A stretch of 64,000 nucleotides of DNA from an uncultured Lachnospiraceae bacterium. GTDB lineage: Bacteria; Bacillota; Clostridia; Lachnospirales; Lachnospiraceae. The notes under the pieces were generated by a model. It was not told the DNA's origin. It was given only the letters and a program-made list of their open reading frames with translations, and ran no database searches. The position numbers and the translations under genes are program-made. The stretch lies in assembly GCA_910587155.1 (NCBI GenBank), contig CAJULA010000008.1:32343-96342 (forward strand), written 5' to 3'. Below are positions 44,110 to 52,294 of the stretch, one piece after another. The stretch's first letter is position 1; every line of letters starts with the position of its first letter.

Positions 44110-44680
44110 GCAGATGCCGGACGGCTTCCCAGTCGATCGTGGGCAGGTTTTTCTGCGTCACGGCTGACGTGGCTTTCTTTTTGGCAGAGATCTTTGCCAT
44201 ATTTATCATAAGCGAACCCAGTGCACAGACAACGGCGATGCCCATAATGATCGGGATGACCGGAAATCCGAAATCAACCTGTTCGACAATGGTATAGACA
44301 TAGCAGAGGGCGCTGACAATGATACCGACCACAATCGAGATAATGGGCGTGCTGTACATGTTTTTCTGCATACCGGAGACTGCCCAGGACTGCGGCTTCT
44401 TGCAGTGCGGGCAGGTATCCTTAAAGTCAGCGGAATAAATATGCTTCTGTGTGGCATTGTCATGAATCTGCCGGACCTGCCGGATCAGATTTTCATGGGC
44501 TTTTTTCTCCAGCTTTTCGATTTCAGGCTGCGTCAGGACATTGTAATTACTGTTCTTTTCTGCCGCCGGCCCTGTGATGACGGCACGCAGTAAGCCGCTG
44601 TCCTGCATACAGTGTTCACAGCGAAAAGAATAAGGTACTTCCGCGCTCTCTTTGCGCGCATGTTTGTAATAGGAACTCAT
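44102..44680 (-). CDS. Hypothetical zinc-ribbon protein with two TM helices, on the opposite strand inside the cob cluster
   Basis: Strong RBS (AAGGAGGGG). CEHC ... CPHC pair, then two hydrophobic helices. Confidence 0.7.
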   Translation of the reverse strand: MSSYYKHARKESAEVPYSFRCEHCMQDSGLLRAVITGPAAEKNSNYNVLTQPEIEKLEKKAHENLIRQVRQIHDNATQKHIYSADFKDTCPHCKKPQSWAVSGMQKNMYSTPIISIVVGIIVSALCYVYTIVEQVDFGFPVIPIIMGIAVVCALGSLMINMAKISAKKKATSAVTQKNLPTIDWEAVRHLLT

Positions 44681-44773
44681 TTACTATTTCCCCTCCTTAT
44701 GTAGTTATGGATATGTATCATGCTTATTATAAAATAGCACAATCAAAGGAGGAGTGCAAGATTGGAGGACACA

Positions 44774-45421
44774 ATGGAATTGATCTGGATCAGGCATGGA
44801 ATGACCGAGGGAAACACAAGACAGCGGTATATCGGCGGCAGAACGGATGAGGGATTGTGCCCGGCAGGGCGGGAAGCGCTGCGGGAAAATGTAGCTGCGG
44901 GGCTGTATCCCCGGGCGGATCTGGTTTACGTCAGTCCGATGCAGCGCTGTCTGGAGACGGCGCAGATTGTGTATCCCGATGTGCCGAAGCGGATCGTGGA
45001 AGGCTTTCGGGAATGTGATTTCGGTCTGTTTGAGAATAAAAATGACGAAGAACTGGCGGCGGAGTCCTTTTATCAGAACTGGCGGGCTAAGAGAGAGACG
45101 GCGTCCTTTCCCGGAGGAGAGCATCCGGAAGATTTTAAACGGCGGTGCAGGGAGACGCTGCTTTCTCTGACAGCCCGGGGAGAGATGCCGGAGAAAACCG
45201 CCTTTGTGGTGCATGGCGGAGTTATCATGGCCGTCTTATCCGGGCTGGATGAAAACAGGGGCGCTTTTTATGATTATTATACCTGCAATGGAGAAGGGTA
45301 TATATGCAGGGCAGAACAAAAAGGCGGCGAACTGTTGCTGCGGGACTGCAGAAGATTTGGCCCACACACACAAAGTGGCCAGGGCAATCACAGCGAAACG
45401 GGGGAGGGAGTAACCGTATGA
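44774..45421 (+). CDS. cobC: Alpha-ribazole phosphatase / histidine phosphatase family (CobC)
   Basis: GGAGGA RBS. The RHG motif (LIWIRHGMTEGN) is present. Context and ATGA coupling to cbiB support the call. Confidence 0.8.
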   Translation: MELIWIRHGMTEGNTRQRYIGGRTDEGLCPAGREALRENVAAGLYPRADLVYVSPMQRCLETAQIVYPDVPKRIVEGFRECDFGLFENKNDEELAAESFYQNWRAKRETASFPGGEHPEDFKRRCRETLLSLTARGEMPEKTAFVVHGGVIMAVLSGLDENRGAFYDYYTCNGEGYICRAEQKGGELLLRDCRRFGPHTQSGQGNHSETGEGVTV

Positions 45422-46680
45422 ATATTGTTTATGCTATGGGAATCGGTTTTATTCTGGACTGTTTTCTGGGAGATCCTCACAGTCTGCCGCATCCGGTGCG
45501 CTGGATGGGCAGACTGATTTCTTTTCTGACGCATCATCTGCACGGAGGGCAGGAGGAAGAAAGGACAGCCTGCCGGCAGGGCGGCGGAGCGTATAAGAAA
45601 AATCCGCGGGCGGAATTTTGGAGGGGCGCCCTGATGGTTGTCATCGTTCTGGCAGTAACGGGAGGGGCAGTCTGTCTGCTGCGGTATCTCATGTATGGTC
45701 TGTCTGCTGCGGCAGGGATCATAACGGACGGTATTCTGTTCTATTATGCCATCGCTCCTAAAAGCCTGTACCTTGAGAGTATGGCGGTCTGCCGGGCACT
45801 GGCATCCCCCGGAAAAGAGGCGGAAAGCGGCCCTGATCTGGGAGAAGCGCGCAGACGGCTTTCCATGATTGTGGGACGGGATACGGAGAGGCTGACCGAA
45901 GCGGGAATCATACGGGCTGCGGTGGAAACTGTGGCGGAAAATACTTCGGACGGAGTAACGGCACCGATGCTGTATATGGCAGCAGGCGGACCGGTACTCT
46001 GTTTTTTATATAAAGCGGTGAACACCATGGATTCCATGGTGGGATACCATAATGAAACCTTTGAATATTTCGGCAGGGCGGCAGCCAGGACGGACGATAT
46101 ATGGAATTATATACCGGCCAGACTGACCGCGTTTGTCATGCTGCTCACCGTATTTTTTCCGGCGCCTGCCGGAGGCGGGATGCTGAGAGGGACGGACCGG
46201 CGGGCAAAGCGAAGCAGGAAGCCGTATTGCCAGAAAGGTTTGCAGTGTACTGCTTCCGGGAATGAGACAAAGAAAACTGAAAAAATAAAAAATATTCTAA
46301 AAAAAGCAAAAAGTATATACAATTTTGACGCCAAAAATTGTATGAATAATTCCGATAATTCGAGAAACATAGTAAGAAGACAGAAAAAATATGCAGGGCA
46401 GAATATAAAACAGGTGTTATTTATTTACAGACGGGACAGAGGGAAACATAAAAGTCCCAATTCCGCCCAGACGGAAAGTGTCTGTGCCGGTATCCTGGGC
46501 ATCAGACTGGCGGGGGATGCCAGTTACTTTGGCAGGACGGTGCAGAAGCCTTATATTGGTGATGATCTGCGCCCGCCCTGCCGACAGGATATCTTGTGGG
46601 CCAATGCGCTGATGTATGAAACCGCGCTGATCATGATGGCACTGCTTGCGATATGCCGCCTGTTGGTGGTAAACTGGTAA
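45418..46680 (+). CDS. cbiB: Adenosylcobinamide-phosphate synthase CbiB with a large internal insertion
   Basis: GDPHSLPHPVRWMG, IVGRDT, VAENTSDGVTAP, YKAVNTMDSMVGY and RRDRGKHKSPNS motifs. About 75 extra residues lie between the last two motif blocks. Confidence 0.85.
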   Translation: MNIVYAMGIGFILDCFLGDPHSLPHPVRWMGRLISFLTHHLHGGQEEERTACRQGGGAYKKNPRAEFWRGALMVVIVLAVTGGAVCLLRYLMYGLSAAAGIITDGILFYYAIAPKSLYLESMAVCRALASPGKEAESGPDLGEARRRLSMIVGRDTERLTEAGIIRAAVETVAENTSDGVTAPMLYMAAGGPVLCFLYKAVNTMDSMVGYHNETFEYFGRAAARTDDIWNYIPARLTAFVMLLTVFFPAPAGGGMLRGTDRRAKRSRKPYCQKGLQCTASGNETKKTEKIKNILKKAKSIYNFDAKNCMNNSDNSRNIVRRQKKYAGQNIKQVLFIYRRDRGKHKSPNSAQTESVCAGILGIRLAGDASYFGRTVQKPYIGDDLRPPCRQDILWANALMYETALIMMALLAICRLLVVNW

Positions 46681-46757
46681 CAGGATATTTTATCGCAGAA
46701 GCGACGTTTCACATTCGCAGCTGCTTTTAGGAACAATATACAGGAAGGGAGTCTTTT

Positions 46758-47402
46758 ATGAAAAAGCAATACAGACCGGCAGAGATTGAGGCAGAGAGTT
46801 TCCGCATCATTGCAGAAGAAATCAAAGGGATGGGACGGGAGCTGCCTTTGGAGACAGCGCCTGTGGTGATGCGTACCATCCATACGACCGCGGATTTTTC
46901 TTATCTGGACAGTCTGTATTTTTCCGATCATATAATGGAAACGGCCAGGAAGGCACTAAGGCTTGGGCTCCACGTGGTAACGGATACCAATATGGCGCTG
47001 GCGGGCATCAGCAGGCAGACGCTCCGGACTCTGGGCGGCGACGCATTCTGTCTTATGGCAGATGAGGAGGTGGCCAGGGAGGCGGCAGAGCGGCAGGTGA
47101 CAAGAGCCATTGTCAGTATGGAAAAGACGGCCCTGATGGGCGGGGCGCTGATCTATGTGATCGGAAATGCCCCCACCGCCCTCATCCGTGTGGTGGAACT
47201 GGCGCGGGAAGGCCGGATACGGCCGGCATTTGTCATCGGTGCGCCGGTGGGCTTTGTCAATGTGGAAGAAGCAAAGGAGCTGCTGATCGCTTCCGGCATC
47301 CCCTGTATCGTCCCCCGCGGACGCAAAGGGGGCAGCAATGTGGCGGCGGCGATTCTAAATGCCCTTCTCTATGAGACGGCAGAGCGCCCCGGGCGGAACT
47401 GA
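46758..47402 (+). CDS. cbiC: Cobalt-precorrin-8 methylmutase CbiC
   Basis: EIEAESFRII, HTTADF, and VIGNAPTAL motifs. Confidence 0.9.
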   Translation: MKKQYRPAEIEAESFRIIAEEIKGMGRELPLETAPVVMRTIHTTADFSYLDSLYFSDHIMETARKALRLGLHVVTDTNMALAGISRQTLRTLGGDAFCLMADEEVAREAAERQVTRAIVSMEKTALMGGALIYVIGNAPTALIRVVELAREGRIRPAFVIGAPVGFVNVEEAKELLIASGIPCIVPRGRKGGSNVAAAILNALLYETAERPGRN

Positions 47403-47525
47403 AAAACAGCATCCCCCGTACGATGCCCGGACAGTGAAACGGATGCTCGGCCAGGCGGTTCACTGTCCCCGGCAGTGGGTATCGGAAGGGGGGATGCGGA
47501 ACTGAAAACAGGGAGGCAGACAGCA

Positions 47526-48689
47526 ATGAAAGCAGACGGACAAGAAGTGGAGAGCAGGGTGCAGCGGCACGGCGGCAACCGGTATGGACGGGAGATTTTG
47601 TTGGATTTTTCCGTCAATACCAATCCACTTGGCATGCCGGATGATATCAGGGCGGCATTAAAGAGCGCCCTGGAAACCCCCTCCTTCTGGGAGTGGTATC
47701 CCGATCCGGATTGTGGCAGGCTGCGGCAGTCGCTTTCCGTGTATCATGACATTGCAAGGGAGCAGATTGTCTGCGGCAATGGTGCGTCCGAACTGATTTT
47801 TGTCATCGTACGCAGTGTCCTGTCGGAGAAACGGGAAGAGAAAGGAGCGCGCTCCGGACTCCGCTGCCTGCTGCCGGTTCCCTCTTTTGGAGAATATGAG
47901 AGAGCACTGCTGGCAGCCGGCGCGGAGATCGTCTATGACAGACTAAAGGAGTGTGCGCACTTTGCCCCGACAGAAGAACTGGCAGACAGGATTACTGAGG
48001 AAACGGCGCTTTTATTTCTGTGCAGCCCGGGCAACCCGACAGGGGCTCTGATTCGCCCCGCACTGCTTTGGAAGATTCTGGAGCGGTGTGAGCGGACAGG
48101 GACTTATGTGCTGCTGGATACCTGCTTTCTGGAGCTGGCAGGCGAAGGCGGCGGGAGAGAGGCTTTTTTGGCGGCTCCGGCAGCGGAGGGCGGGACCTGT
48201 ACATACAGGCAGATTCTGGAAACCTATCCGCATCTTATCCTTCTCAAAGCGTTTACCAAACTCTATGCCATGCCCGGACTGCGGCTGGGCTACTGCCTTT
48301 GCGGGACGGCAGGGGCAGCAGAGCGGATCAGGGAACAGCTTTCCTGCTGGAATGTTTCCGCAACGGCACAATATGCCGGATTGACTGCGCTGGACTCGGA
48401 AAAGAATGCTGACTATATCGGTCAATCAGTGCGGATGATACGGGAACAGAGAAAATTGCTGGAAAATGGACTGGCTGATCTGGGCATAAAAGCACTTCCT
48501 GGTCAGGCCAATTTTATCTGTTTTTACAGCAACAAATCGTTGTATCAACCGCTTCTGGAAAAGGGAATTCTGATCCGTGACTGTGGCAGTTTCCGGGGGA
48601 TGGGAGAGGGCTGGTATCGTGTGGCGGTAAAAAAGCAGGAGGAAAATGAGAAATTACTCAGGGAAATGGGGATTATCCTAAAGAGGTGA
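47526..48689 (+). CDS. cobD: Threonine-phosphate decarboxylase CobD (class I/II aminotransferase fold)
   Basis: GGGAGGCAG RBS. HGGN...LDFSVNTNPLG, a FTK lysine motif, and cob-cluster context. Confidence 0.85.
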   Translation: MKADGQEVESRVQRHGGNRYGREILLDFSVNTNPLGMPDDIRAALKSALETPSFWEWYPDPDCGRLRQSLSVYHDIAREQIVCGNGASELIFVIVRSVLSEKREEKGARSGLRCLLPVPSFGEYERALLAAGAEIVYDRLKECAHFAPTEELADRITEETALLFLCSPGNPTGALIRPALLWKILERCERTGTYVLLDTCFLELAGEGGGREAFLAAPAAEGGTCTYRQILETYPHLILLKAFTKLYAMPGLRLGYCLCGTAGAAERIREQLSCWNVSATAQYAGLTALDSEKNADYIGQSVRMIREQRKLLENGLADLGIKALPGQANFICFYSNKSLYQPLLEKGILIRDCGSFRGMGEGWYRVAVKKQEENEKLLREMGIILKR

Positions 48690-48694
48690 CAGGA

Positions 48695-50215
48695 ATGAAA
48701 GGGAATATCATGATTCAGGGGACCATGTCCAATGTGGGCAAAAGTCTTTTCACCGCAGGTCTTCTGCGGGTACTGGTACAGGACGGATTTTCGGCAGCAC
48801 CGTTCAAATCGCAGAATATGGCACTGAACTCCTATATTACGGCGGAAGGACTGGAAATGGGACGGGCACAGGTGATGCAGGCCGAGGCCGCGGGTATTTT
48901 TCCGGAAATCGCCATGAACCCGATTCTGTTAAAGCCCAATTCGGAAACCGGTTCGCAGGTCATTGTAAACGGAGAAGTGGCAGGCAATATGAAAGCGGAA
49001 GAATATTTTCGCAGAAAAAAAGAATATATTCCCCAGATTATGGAAGCCTACCATAAGCTGCAGCAAAAATATGGCATTATCGTCATAGAGGGCGCCGGCA
49101 GTCCGGCCGAGATCAATCTGAAAGAATCCGATATTGTCAATATGGGCCTGGCAGAGATGGTGGACGCACCTGTGCTTTTGCTCGGGGATATCGACAGAGG
49201 GGGCGTCTTTGCCCAGCTTTATGGCACTGTGGCTTTGTTGGAGGAAGCGGAGCGGCGGCGTGTCAAAGGATTTATTATGAATAAATTCCGGGGAGAGAAG
49301 CGTCTGCTGACACCGGGGATCGGGATGCTCTATGAAAGGTGCCGGATCCCGGTGGTCGGTGTGATTCCCTATACGCAGCTGGATATTGATGATGAAGACT
49401 CCATGGCGGAGCGCCTTCTCTCCGGCAGTCGGCCGGAACTGATTGATATCGCAGTGATCCGTCTGCCGCATATTTCCAACTTCACGGACTTTAATCCGCT
49501 GGAAAACATTGAAAATGTATCCCTGCGCTATATTTCCACCGTCCGGGAACTGGGAACTCCCGATCTGATCCTTCTGCCCGGCACAAAAAATACCATGCAT
49601 GATCTGTACTGGATGCGGGAAAACGGGATTGAGAAAAAGATCAAACAGCTTGTCCACCAGGAAACAAGCCTGCTGATGGGTATCTGCGGCGGATTCCAGA
49701 TGATGGGACATACCCTCTCTGACCCTCACTGTGTGGAATGGGAGGGAAAGATGCAGGGAATGGACATGCTGCCTTTGCAGACGGTTTTTGAAGAAATGAA
49801 AGTACGCAGCCGCGTATCGGGACAGATTCTGCCGGTCAGAAGTGGAGGCAATCAGATCTTCCAGGCACTTGCCGCCAGCACGTTTACCGGCTATGAGATC
49901 CATATGGGAAGGACGGAAAGTCTGGAGGATACGGGAAAACTTACAGAAATCACACATATGGATGATGGCACGGTGAAACAGGACGGCTATGTGTCAGGCA
50001 GCTGCATGGGCACCTATGTCCATGGTATTTTTGAATCCGGCACCTTCCGCAATAACCTGATCCAGCTTCTGTTTGACCGCAGGGGGCTGGTATGGAACGG
50101 AAAAAAACAGATGGATTATCTGAGCTATAAAAACAGACAGTATGACATGCTGGCCGATGTCGTGCGCGAACATACCGATCTCAAAGCCATTTATCACATG
50201 ATTGGATTGTCATAA
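48695..50215 (+). CDS. cobQ: Cobyric acid synthase CobQ (CbiP)
   Basis: IMIQGTMSNVGKS, IEGAGSPAE, and a GATase half with ICGGFQMMG. The ATG at 48695 follows AAGAGGTG. Confidence 0.9.
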   Translation: MKGNIMIQGTMSNVGKSLFTAGLLRVLVQDGFSAAPFKSQNMALNSYITAEGLEMGRAQVMQAEAAGIFPEIAMNPILLKPNSETGSQVIVNGEVAGNMKAEEYFRRKKEYIPQIMEAYHKLQQKYGIIVIEGAGSPAEINLKESDIVNMGLAEMVDAPVLLLGDIDRGGVFAQLYGTVALLEEAERRRVKGFIMNKFRGEKRLLTPGIGMLYERCRIPVVGVIPYTQLDIDDEDSMAERLLSGSRPELIDIAVIRLPHISNFTDFNPLENIENVSLRYISTVRELGTPDLILLPGTKNTMHDLYWMRENGIEKKIKQLVHQETSLLMGICGGFQMMGHTLSDPHCVEWEGKMQGMDMLPLQTVFEEMKVRSRVSGQILPVRSGGNQIFQALAASTFTGYEIHMGRTESLEDTGKLTEITHMDDGTVKQDGYVSGSCMGTYVHGIFESGTFRNNLIQLLFDRRGLVWNGKKQMDYLSYKNRQYDMLADVVREHTDLKAIYHMIGLS

Positions 50216-50236
50216 CAAAATGCGGCCAACAAACAT

Positions 50237-50265
50237 TTGACGAACCCACCGCAATGGTATATATT
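50237..50265 (+). promoter_or_regulatory. Promoter candidate for the topoisomerase operon
   Basis: TTGACG, a 17-nt spacer, then TATATT. Confidence 0.4.
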
Positions 50266-50295
50266 GTAAAAGATAATTTTGGGGTGAAAGAGGTT

Positions 50296-52224
50296 ATGGC
50301 CATGGCAAAGAAAGAAACCTATGACGCTTCCAGCATCACTGTACTGGAGGGGCTGGATGCGGTACGGATGCGGCCCGGCATGTATATTGGCAGCGTATCC
50401 ACAAAGGGTCTGAATCATCTGATCTATGAGATCGTAGACAATGCGGTGGACGAACATCTGGCCGGATATTGCAGCCGGATATGGGTGTCGCTCAATGCGG
50501 ACGGTTCCGCCACCGTTTCCGATAACGGCCGGGGAATTCCGGTGGGGATGCATGAAAAGGGGATGAGCGCGGAGCGGCTTGTGTTTACCACACTGCATGC
50601 GGGCGGCAAGTTTGACGACAATGTATATAAGACGAGCGGCGGCCTGCATGGCGTGGGCTCCTCTGTTGTCAATGCCCTTTCCACGTGGTTGACCGTACAG
50701 GTCAAGCGAGACGGATATATCTATGAGGACAGTTACGAACGGGGAAATCCGGTGACAGAGCTGGAAGACGGCCTGCTCCCTGTCGTGGGAAAGACGAAAG
50801 AGAGCGGGACGAGCATTTCTTTTCTGCCTGACGATACGATTTTTGACAGGACACGTTTTAAAGAGGATGAGGTAAAGAGTCGTCTCCATGAGACTGCCTA
50901 TCTGAACCCGCAGCTGACAATCGTCTTTGAAGACAGGCGGGGAGAGACCCCTGAGATACTGGAATTTCATGAGCCGGACGGCATCACCGGCTTTATCCGG
51001 GATATGAACCATTCGAAAGAGGCGGTTCATGATGTGATTTATTATCAGGGAGAGAGCGAAGGCATTTCAGTGGAGGCGGCCTTTCAGTATGTCAATGAGT
51101 TCCACGAAAATATTCTGGGATTCTGCAATAATATTTACAATGCGGAAGGCGGCGCTCATCTCACCGGGTTTAAGACAATATTCACTTCGGTGATCAACAG
51201 CTATGCCCGGGAATTAAATATTCTGAAGGAAAAGGATGTCAACTTTACCGGTGCCGATGTACGAAACGGCATGACAGCGGTCATCTCCATCAAGCATCCC
51301 GATCCGCGGTTTGAGGGGCAGACAAAGACCAAGCTGGATAATCAGGATGCGGCCAGAGCGGTGGCCAAGGTGACGGGCGATGAAATACAGCGATATTTTG
51401 ACCGTAACCTGGAAGTGCTCAAAAACATCATCGGCTGTGCGGAAAAGGCGGCAAAGATTCGAAAAACGGAAGAGAAGGCAAAGACGAATATGCTGACGAA
51501 GCAGAAATTTTCCTTTGATTCCAACGGTAAGCTGGCGAACTGTGAAAGCCGTGATCCTGCCATATGCGAAATCTTTATCGTGGAGGGAGATTCCGCCGGC
51601 GGCAGTGCCAAGACGGCGCGCAACCGCATGTATCAGGCCATACTGCCGATCCGCGGGAAAATACTGAATGTGGAAAAGGCCAGTATCGACAAGATATTGG
51701 CAAACGCGGAGATCAAAACGATGATCAACGCTTTTGGCTGCGGTTTTTCGGAAGGCTACGGCAATGATTTTGATATTACGAAGCTGCGCTATGACAAGAT
51801 CATCATCATGGCCGATGCCGATGTAGACGGCGCGCATATTTCCACGTTGCTGCTGACATTGTTTTACCGGTTTATGCCGGAGCTGATCTATGAAGGTCAT
51901 GTATACATTGCCATGCCGCCGCTGTACAAGGCCATGCCGGCCAGGGGCGCTGAAGAATATCTGTATGATGACAAAGCGCTGGAACGTTACCGCAGGCGCC
52001 ACAAAGGCCCTTTTACCCTGCAGCGGTATAAGGGATTGGGCGAGATGGATGCACAGCAGCTCTGGGAGACGACACTGAATCCGGAGACGAGGATGTTAAA
52101 ACAGGTGGAGATTGAGGATGCCCGCATGGCTTCTGACGTGACGGGGATGCTGATGGGGACAGAGGTGCCGCCGAGGCGGGCTTTTATCTACCGTCATGCC
52201 ACCGACGCGCAGCTTGACGTATAA
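50296..52224 (+). CDS. Type IIA topoisomerase subunit B (GyrB/ParE family; ParE-like by partner and context)
   Basis: YDASSITVLEGLDAVRMRPGMYIG, GGLHGVG, EGDSAGGS and PLRGKILNV motifs. The start is ATG 50296 or 50302. Confidence 0.9.
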   Translation: MAMAKKETYDASSITVLEGLDAVRMRPGMYIGSVSTKGLNHLIYEIVDNAVDEHLAGYCSRIWVSLNADGSATVSDNGRGIPVGMHEKGMSAERLVFTTLHAGGKFDDNVYKTSGGLHGVGSSVVNALSTWLTVQVKRDGYIYEDSYERGNPVTELEDGLLPVVGKTKESGTSISFLPDDTIFDRTRFKEDEVKSRLHETAYLNPQLTIVFEDRRGETPEILEFHEPDGITGFIRDMNHSKEAVHDVIYYQGESEGISVEAAFQYVNEFHENILGFCNNIYNAEGGAHLTGFKTIFTSVINSYARELNILKEKDVNFTGADVRNGMTAVISIKHPDPRFEGQTKTKLDNQDAARAVAKVTGDEIQRYFDRNLEVLKNIIGCAEKAAKIRKTEEKAKTNMLTKQKFSFDSNGKLANCESRDPAICEIFIVEGDSAGGSAKTARNRMYQAILPIRGKILNVEKASIDKILANAEIKTMINAFGCGFSEGYGNDFDITKLRYDKIIIMADADVDGAHISTLLLTLFYRFMPELIYEGHVYIAMPPLYKAMPARGAEEYLYDDKALERYRRRHKGPFTLQRYKGLGEMDAQQLWETTLNPETRMLKQVEIEDARMASDVTGMLMGTEVPPRRAFIYRHATDAQLDV

Positions 52225-52294
52225 TTGCCGCGGGACTCTATGACAGCCCGGATGGGACACTGTCCCGGCTGCCGCGTAACAGGAGCCATTAACT

